Of a DNA stretch of 64,000 nucleotides, positions 50,932-60,355 are shown in pieces. A model generated the notes under the pieces. That model was not told the DNA's origin, did no database searches, and worked only from the letters and a program-made list of their open reading frames with translations. Positions within the stretch are counted from its first letter, which is position 1, and each line of letters opens with the position of its first letter. The stretch comes from Eledone cirrhosa (Eukaryota), in contig OZ024741.1 in NCBI GenBank assembly GCA_964016885.1, positions 370,884,001-370,948,000 on the forward strand. The letters run 5' to 3'. Position numbers and translations under genes: made by a program.

Positions 50932-52471
50932 ATGGTGACCCCCCCACCCCCCCACCCACCCCAGAAAAACAGCAACAACAAAAAGAACAACAACAACACC
51001 AGCTACAACACCACCACCAACAACAACAATAACAACAACAGCAACAACAACAAAGAGAAAAGCTCTTTCGCTGCGGCAGCAGCCAAGAAAAGGCCATGCT
51101 TTAGCATGGACTTGTCTGACAAGAAAAAAAGTAGGCCCAGGCATTGAATTGCATCAAACATGAGCAAACCTGGGCCAACTTAACTGTCCCGGCAGAGGCC
51201 ATAGAGCAGTGGAGAGGAGAACTTTGGCCTTTAGATGCTGAGACATCTGAGATAAAAAGGCAACCAACACTCCCCAAGCAGACATCAAGAGTGCACTGAG
51301 GTGCATCCGAGACGATACTGAATACATAGTGAGGGCAGACAATACGGCGCTATCTCAGTGTTGTTTAAGTCAGAAGCCCTCGCTATGAAACACGCAATGA
51401 CCTCTTGCAAAACCAGCAAAGCTATAATGTACCCGTCCCACATGGGAAAAAGAACAGTTAAAGTCCGCATTCCCAGGATTCCACCAGGGCTAACTATGTG
51501 GTGGCTCCTGGAATACGTGATTGTGGAGGGGACAGACGCTGTCTCGATCGAGGTAACCTGAACAGCCAGAGAGGACTGGTCCGGGGTTAACCTTGAGATA
51601 CTTCCCCAAATTAGACCAGAAGAACTAAGAAAAATCCCGGATCACATAGATCTCCAAAACGGGACAGCTCACCAAGTCATGACCGAGGGCAAAAGACCGC
51701 ACTGTTTCGTTTGTGGCGAAACAACTCACTTGCGAGCTTTCTGCTCTCAGCTCAACACTGTAAGCGGTCGAAAACCTCCACTGCTGCCAACACCGGTGCC
51801 GAGACAAATTATAACACCAAACCCAACAGCAGCAACAGCTAAGCACAGCAGCACCAACAACAATAGCAGTAGCAACAACACAAGAAGGGGCCTTTAAGAT
51901 CACCTAGGGAGTCGCCCAAACAAGCTCTCCCTCTTTCAAACACACACACACAGAGCAAATCTCACACCCCCGTAAACACACTCCCACTCCCCTCTGACAC
52001 AGAGTCCCCAGACATTAGATCCTCCATATCTTCGAGTGAAGATGGGGGGGGGGGGCAAAAGGCTACAAAAAATATAAAGAAAGAAAATAAATAAAAATTC
52101 AGCCCCACACACACCAACAAGCACACAAAGCATGGCCACAGAAAACACAGACACACCCACAACAACACCAACTCCACAACGGCCAACAACACCGACACAC
52201 CAAACTTCATGTTACTAAAAAGGGCCAACAAACATCTCGTGAGAAAAAGAGAGAGATTTTTGGCACCTGCACCTTCGAAGTGCCCCAAACACTGCGGATG
52301 ATGCGGAAGCCAATAAAACGTTATAAAAACATCAGAGAGAGCTTTCCCGGCGAAGTGGGGACCCCTAATGTGAAAGCCTCGAGTAGGGTTTTGAAGGGGT
52401 TCCCAATGGAAACTCCACCAACCTTGAAGATCGAACCACCCGACCTCCACAAAACTCCGGGAGGTAATTAA
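50932..52471 (+). mobile_element. Decayed L1/Tx1-like LINE ORF1 with CCHC zinc knuckle
   Basis: ATG at 50932, an Asn-rich tract, then SFAAAAAK. Segment MYPSHMGKRTVKVRIPRIPPG lies in ORF 51358..51561. Zinc knuckle CFVCGETTHLRAFC (C-X2-C-X4-H-X4-C) lies in ORF 51679..51897. Multiple stops and frameshifts. Confidence 0.75.
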
Positions 52472-52477
52472 AGCTTT

Positions 52478-52539
52478 CCTCTCTCTCTCTCTTTCTCCCC
52501 CTCTCTCTCTCTCTCTCCCTCTCCCTCTTTCTCTCTCTT
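52478..52539. repeat. (CT)-rich polypyrimidine tract between LINE ORF1 and ORF2
   Basis: Imperfect (CT)n run directly visible. Confidence 0.9.
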
Positions 52540-52550
52540 AGCCTGCCACC

Positions 52551-53695
52551 TTGGCGATCCTAAGAGTAGGGCACATAAATGTTCGTGGCATGGGATCGTC
52601 CTGGAAACGGGGTCGCCTACTTAACGTCTATAGATATGGATATGATTGCCATCAGCGCGACCAGGATTTCCGACGCACGTGCACTAGCCCCTATTTTCAA
52701 CGTCTATCAGATCTTAGCATCTGTTAGTCAGCAGGGAAGGGAAGGGAGGAAATGCTGTTTAGGAAAGGCCTCGAGGTAAGGTCGATTTTCCGGGACCTGG
52801 ACGGTAAGTTGGTAGTCCTGAGCGTGAAAAATAGCGAAAGAGGTGCCTTTAGACTGGTGGCCGTCTATGCTCCTACCGGGGACGGACGGCTCGACGGGAA
52901 GCCTTTCTGGGAACTTCTCACCCTTTACTGTAAGCGGGAGTCTGGGCGGCATCTTACACGCACGCTGGGATTGTATAGGAGTAGCTGATATGAGCGGGGG
53001 TTGAAAAAGCCTCACGTACCTGATCAGCCAGTTCCAACTGCCTGACAGGTTCCGTCTACATTTTCCTAATATGCCAGTGTGGACCTGGACCAACCGTATA
53101 AGGTCATCTACATCGTATATAAACAGGATTCTCTTTAGGACAATAGATAGGAATAGTGTAGGCTGTCCACGTTTTAAAACGGACGCCTATTCAGATCACA
53201 AGATGGTGATGTGAATGATCGATCTAGATAAGACACGTAGGTTAGGACCTGGTCGTTTCCAGAACGTAAGGCTTACAGGGACCGGGTCAACAATTTAGTT
53301 AAGTAAATTTTGACAGGCGTAGTCGTCAACAATAGGTGGTGGGAGGCTCTCAAATGAGAGATTAGAATAATTTCGAAGTAGCGTTAGAGAAAATAGAAAA
53401 GAAGGGAAGCTGGTAGCTTAATTAGACGAAGCCATTTGTAATGGCATTGTAACTGATGTGCTAGCGGCGAGAATGGCATTAGACCATTTTTTTAATACGA
53501 AACATGAAGGGTGCATTGTCAGAGCTACGGTGCGTGCTCTGAGAAACGAGGAAACCAAAGCTGTCCGATGGGGCCGCGTGACAAAGGCGCAGCGTGGTAA
53601 CAAAATCACAATTCAGTCAATGACGAATCGAGGCGGACACGAGCTGAACATTGATGTGTGAGGCCATTTGCCAACACTTTGCTCGGCTGATCGGG
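52551..53695 (+). mobile_element. Decayed L1/Tx1-like LINE ORF2: AP-endonuclease domain plus linker, RT domain absent
   Basis: LAILRVGHINVRG (APE motif I) from 52551, then DMIAISATR, GKLVVLSV...FRLVAVYAPTG, WTWTN..., SDHKMV (~53190), and linker EGCIVRATVRAL...CEAICQHFARLIG. Spread over several frames. Confidence 0.8.
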
Positions 53696-53787
53696 TTTGA
53701 TTTTGGAATCGATAATTCTTCAGACTTTGGGATTTTCTTTGTCTCCCCATTATATATAAATGAAAAACCTATAATAAATACATATAA

Positions 53788-53794
53788 ATATATA

Positions 53795-53862
<68 letters not shown>
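53788..53862. repeat. (TG)n/(TA)n microsatellite
   Basis: Direct inspection. Confidence 0.95.
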
Positions 53863-53864
<2 letters not shown>

Positions 53865-54108
53865 AATGAATATATGATAGGGATAAACACTGATACAAGT
53901 ATACATGTGTTTGCATTGCAAATGACCAAGTTAGCTAGATTGAAAAATATTAATTAAAATAATACAGTTTGCCTGTCTCGATTTAAAATAATAAATCAAT
54001 AAAAACAAGCCTATATTGGCAATAGCCGTGATACCTGGACAAATTTTAAATTTTAAATTTGTTTCGCAACAATTAAGTGAAAGTTCCTATTCCTGTGCTC
54101 TTCTGCAG

Positions 54109-54122
54109 GTATCCAGAAATTG
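54109..54122 (+). other. Candidate 14-nt microexon
   Basis: ttcctattcctgtgctcttctgcAG|GTATCCAGAAATTG|GTAAGT: a polypyrimidine tract with CAG acceptor and a consensus donor 14 nt apart. Confidence 0.35.
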
Positions 54123-54964
54123 GTAAGTTTCACTTCAAAATACTTAAGAAGACTGAGAGAAATGTGTTGTTGAACGCACATGTGTCGCAGCGCCTAGCAC
54201 GTTCCATACTCGTGCCGCTAAAAATAGCAGCCGGTTTTATGGTACTAAAAATTAGCGCACGTATGGAGCCGAGAATATATATAAATATATATATATTCGC
54301 ATATATATATATAGTGGCAGAACACTGGTGGTTTATATCCGCAGCATATGGGACGAGTCTGGTAGAGGTAGTTCCACAACAGTTAATTCACCATTTCCGA
54401 GAACAATTTGTTTCACCTCAGACGGATCATCAGTTTGGTTTAAATGAGATAATACGGAAAAGGAAAACGATTACACGAATAGACATGCGCAGAAGTTCTT
54501 CTCAAAGAGGAGTTAACTCACGTTAGATCGATATGGGAGGTGACTGCGAAAGATCAGAATACAATAAACTATACATGATATTCGGTCTAGAGGTGTTACG
54601 TCCGATAATCAGTCTGGGGCTTTACAATTACGTAATAGACGTTTCGAATCGTGGGGGCAACGTGAGTAGAACTCGGATCTTGTGTTTAGACAAGCGGTAT
54701 TACGCAATCCCCTCAAGATATTGATTATTTCTTCAATTCACAGCCCACAAGACGGATTCCCATTTCCGTATGGCTTAGACTTGGTTATAACTTACTTTCC
54801 AAGTCTACGTCGTTGAGGGACCATATGTGGCTTGCGAGCCTCGTGACGATTGTTTGTCCGGGTGTCTAAATATCGACAGATGATTTAGGAAGTGTTCTTT
54901 AAACCGGCCCTCCGCCAAACCTACATAGGATTTGACCTCTTGTTGTTAATGTGGTCGGTTAGAA

Positions 54965-54970
54965 GTGTGT

Positions 54971-55031
<61 letters not shown>
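54965..55031. repeat. (TG)n microsatellite
   Basis: Direct inspection. Confidence 0.97.
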
Positions 55032-55034
<3 letters not shown>

Positions 55035-55343
55035 TGTAGATACGGTTTTGTTTATGTATATCAGGAATGAATGTTTAAACAATAAAAACTAGTTACCAGA
55101 GGGTTTGACTCGACAGTATCCTTTGAATCATGTACCATTAATATCCAAGCAGGGGAATATGGTATATAGGTCCAGAAGAGATCACGGAGTATATTAATAT
55201 ATGGGAGCATTGTACGAAGACAAATATAAACATCGGCGAGAAAGGAGATTAGGAATTTATTTGCTTTAACATATGTTTCTGTGTCAATTATAATTGTCTA
55301 CATATACTGACTACAATATATATTGTTCAATCATATACAATAC

Positions 55344-55349
<6 letters not shown>

Positions 55350-55439
<90 letters not shown>

Positions 55440-55509
55440 TCTATGGGCATACTTTATAGTATATATATATATATATGGTCCACCTGGTTCCTTACCACAT
55501 TTCCTTCGT

Positions 55510-55543
<34 letters not shown>

Positions 55544-55572
55544 TACACACATATATATATATATATATACAT

Positions 55573-55617
<45 letters not shown>

Positions 55618-55744
55618 TTAAAATAACAGATTAAAGTTTAAGCAAAGAATCGCTGCTTTCACCCTTAACGGGATATTCTGAAACTGATATATATTTATCC
55701 TTATCGAGCCCTCTTTGGATTTTAGTCTTCAAATTTATTATTAT

Positions 55745-55838
<94 letters not shown>

Positions 55839-55880
55839 TTACATACATATATATATATATACTTACATACATATATATAC
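55350..55880. repeat. Cluster of (TA)n and (CA)n microsatellites (55350-55411, 55460-55615, 55748-55880)
   Basis: Direct inspection. Confidence 0.95.
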
Positions 55881-55949
55881 ATTTTAAACGATAAGTCAAG
55901 GATTATCATAATTGAATAATAATAAATTAAATGCAGTGCACTCTGCATG

Positions 55950-56460
55950 TGAGTGGAGTCATATTGAAATAGGTGGAGAAGTTCAAATATCTCAGGGCCG
56001 TTTTCACAAGTGAGGCTGAATCAAATGCAAGAATTACAGGCGTTGGTGCAGTAATGTGCCAGCTTTAGCATTCGGTCATCAGAAGAAGAGAGGTAGGTGT
56101 AAAAGCCAAACTTGCTATCTTTAATTCGGTGTTCATGCCTATCCTTACCAATGGTCAAGAATTTTGGATAATGAGCCAAAGAAATTGATCACGAATAAAA
56201 TTAGTCAAAATAGAGTTCTTCCAAGGGTCTTTGTAGTGACATTATTTGATGGGGTGCATAACTCCAGGTAGAGTCGCTCCTTCTACGCTTTGAGAAATCA
56301 TTGCTCTGGTACTATGGACACGCAGTTAGAATGTCTCAGGAAAGAATCAGTGGGTAGATTTTACGGGCAAAGTTAACCGGTATGAGACCCAGAAGTAGAA
56401 CACGAGTATGGCCGTTGGATAACATTCAGGAGCTCCGTTGGTCTCGCTTGGGGATCCGAC
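55950..56460 (+). mobile_element. Decayed RTE-clade LINE (Rex3/Expander-like), RT C-terminal region
   Basis: Translates with stops and shifts as [14 protein letters not shown]...ARITGVGAVMCQL*HSVIRRREVGVKAKLAIFNSVFMPILTNGQEFWIM...VESLLLRFEKSLLWYYGHAVRMSQER...LRWSRLGI, the typical RTE post-RT pattern (VE.FKYLG, LTYG.E.W, RW.GH..RM). Confidence 0.85.
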
Positions 56461-57064
56461 AATAGAAGAAACTAAGGACTACACAGAGGCTCCGTCATAG
56501 ATTTGTCTAAGTACTAATAAAACACTATTGATGAGAATGGAAATACAACAGTAGACTAAGCCAACATAGAGAATGCTTGAACTAACTAACCCTTTATTGT
56601 CATGCCGGAAAATATGCCTAGGAAAAATACAGGTTTGTCACGGCTGGTATACGTTTCCTGGTATACCTGACCAGAATTCAACGACATACAACTCAATTAT
56701 ACTGGCTATACTCAATTATACTAGCTATCTTTACCCATCTAAATATTTTCTTGCATTCTCTACAGCGGTTGATTTAGAGGTTGTAAAAACCGTGGTGGAT
56801 ACACTTACTACTGACAATAAAAATTGAAACTAAAATCAAGAAAGCAATAGAAAAAAAATGCCTTTCAAATGAGGCAATAATTCAATTTTACTGACAGGTG
56901 GGTCAAGAAAGATAACTTTCATTTTATGACACAGGAGTTATTTCCCTTGTGGTGATTTACAAAATTATAGTATAAAAATTAAAATTCATTGAACGTTATT
57001 TATTTTTTACTGGTTTCAGTCGCCGGACCAAGGTTATACGAGGGCCTTCTGTAGAATTTCATTT

Positions 57065-57150
57065 TTTAGCATTAGCACTTTGCGTTCTGAGTTCAAATCT
57101 GCATTTCATTCTTCAGATGACAATAAAATAAAGAATAGGGATTGATTTAA
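57065..57150 (+). mobile_element. Degenerate SINE fragment
   Basis: cgttctgagttcaaatc...tttcattctt...ataaaataaag is the reverse-complement orientation of the SINE copies at 57971, 59058 and 59260, with internal deletions. Confidence 0.55.
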
Positions 57151-57402
57151 TATATCTATACACCGATTGAATTATAATGGAAATAGTGAGCCCGTGCCGT
57201 CGATAGTGACAGAAATAGCATTGATACTATTTAATTTTTGGAGTCCGGGATTGGTATGTCATGTGTACTAGGATTACCGGATATGTGAACAATCATACAA
57301 TCTGGGGGATTTGCGTTTTGATAAATTAATAGTTTACATAAGGGAAACCATATAGTTTATGTTGATTACTGACACATGAACCAGATTAAAAATAAGAATT
57401 AA

Positions 57403-57403
57403 A

Positions 57404-57474
<71 letters not shown>

Positions 57475-57515
57475 ATATACATAAAAATACATTTACATAT
57501 GTATATATATATATA
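57403..57515. repeat. (TA)n microsatellite
   Basis: Direct inspection. Confidence 0.95.
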
Positions 57516-57970
57516 TCATTATCACCGTTTAGTATTTATTTTCCATCCTAACGCCAACCACTTCACAGCGTGTATCGTATGTATTTTATCGTGACACCTC
57601 CACTACCACCTAACAGGGCGGACTGAGTGCTTTTGTTGTGACACGAGTACTACAACATTACAAAGTAGGCTCGGTGCATTTTACTGTGGTGCCTGCACTA
57701 CCCCTTTACAGTGTGTGTTGGGTGCATTTTACAAAAACACCAGCGCTACGACATATCGTCACTAGGGTGTTCATTGCATCGTGTTTGGCCTGACTGGGAA
57801 GGCAATAATGGAAGTGGGGAAGGCGAGAACGTGGTGTGGGGGCAAGGGAAAGGGGTAATAGTGGGATTGCTTGCAAAGAGGGGGGGATTAGAGATGGAAG
57901 TGGCCTTAAACGAGTGGTTGACATTATATACATACACGTGACATATTATTGTAACTGTTAAGATCAACAT

Positions 57971-58137
57971 AAAATTGTTTCTACTTTTTGGCACAAGGCC
58001 AGCAATTATCCCAGTGCATTACTGGTACTTTATTTTATCGACCCCGTAAGGATGAAAGGCAAAGTTAACCTCGGCAGGATTTGAACTCAGACTGAAAAGG
58101 GACGTAACTCTATGTTACAAAGCATGGCGTCCCACCC
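57971..58137 (-). mobile_element. tRNA-derived SINE (octopus-type), copy 1
   Basis: ggtactttattttatcgaccccgtaaggatgaaaggcaaagttaacctcggcaggatttgaactcag. B-box-like GAGTTCAAATCC on the minus strand at 58077-58088. Three related copies in the window. Confidence 0.85.
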
Positions 58138-58212
58138 TCAAGGGAGACCACTCCGAAATCCTAAGACAAAAGATTTTAATAATTCTTTCTTTTTTTCCTT
58201 CTTTTTTCATTT

Positions 58213-58274
<62 letters not shown>

Positions 58275-58280
58275 TCTCTC
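58213..58280. repeat. (CT)n microsatellite
   Basis: Direct inspection. Confidence 0.97.
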
Positions 58281-58431
58281 CCAGCCCTGGTATGGAAAAA
58301 TATTAAAATCTGAATGAGGGATATGTGCCTTCTGTCTATTGAAACTTCTTCTAAAATGCATGCATAAATTTATGAATATTTGTCAGGTCTCAGATTTCAG
58401 GGATGCCTCTGTGCTGAGAACAGTAGTAAAT

Positions 58432-58588
58432 GCAGCATGGGTGAATGGTTAAAAAGTTCACTACTCGCCATTAGATTCCAGGTTCAATCCCACTGCGTGT
58501 CATCTTGGGCAAGGGTCATTTACAATAGCGCCTGAGCAAATCATGGTTTGTGAGTGAAATTGGGTAGATGGAAAGTGTTTGGAAGCCC
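58432..58588 (+). mobile_element. tRNA-derived SINE of a second family
   Basis: Pol III A-box-like TGGGTGAATGG (58438-58448) and B-box GGTTCAATCCC (58481-58491), followed by cttgggcaag and ttgtgagtgaaattgggtagatggaaa, which resemble cephalopod SINE bodies as I recall them. Confidence 0.7.
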
Positions 58589-58714
58589 ATAGGATGGACA
58601 TTAACTTCAATTGGTGCCACGATAACTTGATCTATTGAACTCTGGCACTGACACTCCTTATACTATGCTTTTCTAGCCAGTTAATTGCTCAAATTTTAAC
58701 AAGCAGGTAGAATC

Positions 58715-59055
58715 TGAATGGCAGCATATACGGGAGTGGTGATACACACAAGTCACCGACTGTTGTGTTATAGATGGACTGGATCCCATTGGAAAGGTAG
58801 ATTTGTCTCTTGAAGCTTAGACTAAAAGAAAGGACGCTGTGGGTGGTGCAAGTTTATGCACTAAACAGAGAGGCAGAATACAGATCCTTCTTTGATGAAG
58901 TCACTGTAATATTAGATGTAGTTAAGACTAAGTCATATATCCTAATAGGAGACTTCAATTCACGTTGGCACTGCCTACTTGACGTGAAAAGGAGTCATTG
59001 GAAGGAACGGTGATATCGAATTAAATACGAACAGAGAGGCCTTGTTAGACATCAC
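58715..59055 (+). mobile_element. Decayed RTE-clade LINE AP-endonuclease fragment
   Basis: LKLRLKERTLWVVQVYALNREAEYRSFFDEV...ILIGDFNS (ORF 58810..59013), then KGVIGRNGDIELNTNREALLDI in a shifted frame. Contains APE motifs VYAP-like and GDFN. Cut by a SINE at ~59058. Confidence 0.85.
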
Positions 59056-59057
59056 TT

Positions 59058-59248
59058 CTAATAATTGTTTCGACTTTAGGCACAAGGCCAGCAATTTGAA
59101 GGGGAGGGTAAAGTCGATTAAATCTACCCCAGTGCCTTTCTGGTACTTTATTTTATCGACCATGTAAAGATGAAAGGCAAAGCTAACCTCGGTGGGATTT
59201 GAACTCAGAACATAAAGACGCTCTACCGATTCTGCCAATCCAACGCCC
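59058..59248 (-). mobile_element. tRNA-derived SINE (octopus-type), copy 2
   Basis: ggcacaaggccagcaatttgaaggggagggtaaagtcgatt...ggtactttattttatcgacc...gatgaaaggcaaagctaacctcggtgggatttgaactcagaac...gattctgccaatcc. Confidence 0.85.
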
Positions 59249-59259
59249 AACGATCTTTT

Positions 59260-59450
59260 CTAATAATTGTTTCTAATTTTGGCACAAGGCCAGCAATTAT
59301 CACAGTGTATTACTGGTACTTTATTTTATCGACCCCGTAAGGATGAAAGGCAAAGTTAACCTCGGCGAGATTTGAACTCAGACCATAAAGGGCCGTTACT
59401 CTTTGCTGCACAGCATGCGTCCGACCCTCTACCGATACTGCCAATCCACC
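59260..59450 (-). mobile_element. tRNA-derived SINE (octopus-type), copy 3, in tandem with copy 2
   Basis: Same core motif; shares an internal deletion with copy 1. Confidence 0.85.
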
Positions 59451-59579
59451 ATAATGGACTCTCTAATACGAACACCTTCCAGCACAAATCAAAGGTTATC
59501 TCCCTTTTTTAGTAGATTTAATAACTGTACAAGCGATATCACGCTTGTTAATAAAAATATATGCTTTCGGAATTAAATA

Positions 59580-59825
59580 CCGCACACGCACGCACGCACG
59601 CATACACACAGGTTCGTTCGTGCGCGCACGCACACACAGTAGTTGTCTTCGCTCTCTGAAATGCCGTTTTCCTCCGGAAAATTGTGAAGAGTACATTCCA
59701 CTTGAAAAAGGAGCCCCGTGAGGTAGAGTGGCTGATGCAACGAGTGTTGTGATAATGATTTCGCCACAATGTCCGCGGGGTACACCGCCTATATAGACGC
59801 TCTCCCTTCCTCCCTTTTCATTTAT
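59580..59825 (+). promoter_or_regulatory. Candidate Pol II core promoter (CpG-rich, TATA plus Inr)
   Basis: Local CpG enrichment; ETS-like CCGGAA (~59674); CGCC abutting TATATAGA at 59790; TCATTT (Inr consensus TCAKTY) with its A at 59820, exactly 30 nt after the first T of TATA. Confidence 0.4.
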
Positions 59826-59972
59826 ATTTGTTATTTTAAAATATTGCAAATATTATATAATTTAATTGAAATTTGTTGAATAAAGATATAACGAGTTTAT
59901 TTTGGAAATTGTAGCAATTATTAACTTAAATTAAGAATAACATATTTGGCTGTGGAGGACGAGGCATCCGGT

Positions 59973-60056
59973 AAGAAGAAGAAGAAGAAGAAGAAAAAGA
60001 AGAAGAAGAAGAAGAAGAAGAAGAAGAAGAAGAAGAAGAAGAAGAAGAAGAAGAAG

Positions 60057-60085
<29 letters not shown>
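59973..60085. repeat. (GAA)n trinucleotide microsatellite
   Basis: About 37 AAG units with one interruption; source of the poly-K/S/L ORFs. Confidence 0.98.
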
Positions 60086-60087
<2 letters not shown>

Positions 60088-60355
60088 GTCAACGCTCCTC
60101 GCCAGACTGGGAGATCTCTCACACACTTAGGGGTGGATGAAAGATGTCTCCTCTTATGAAAATGGGTATAGCTTTCATTATGTAAATTCTCCCCCATTTT
60201 GCCATATTTCTCCCTGTTTTGTAGCACTTTATTTCATGGTACTCCCCGTTTCGCTTTTTAGAGATTGGCAGGTCTGATGTGTGTATGTTTAATGCACGGC
60301 ATTAAATGTGCATTATACTGTATCAAAATAATAGTTTCTACTTTTGGCAAAAGGC

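Noticed and set aside
50873-51097. Cys-rich minus ORF (CCCCCCCYCCCWWW) as metallothionein- or keratin-associated-like protein
   Set aside because: Antisense of the (AAC)n tract in LINE ORF1.
54077-54526. 149-aa ORF with GTG start
   Set aside because: No recognisable domain, crosses (TA) runs and uses a non-ATG start; consistent with chance.
58432-58500. tRNA gene
   Set aside because: A and B boxes are present, but I could not fold a cloverleaf and it continues into a SINE body.
59750-59797. Minus-strand promoter using the same TATATA palindrome
   Set aside because: The best minus Inr-like TCATT is 39 nt away, versus exactly 30 nt on +, which also has a downstream splice donor.
59926-60227. 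Poly-K, poly-S and poly-L ORFs
   Set aside because: Translations of the (GAA)n tract.
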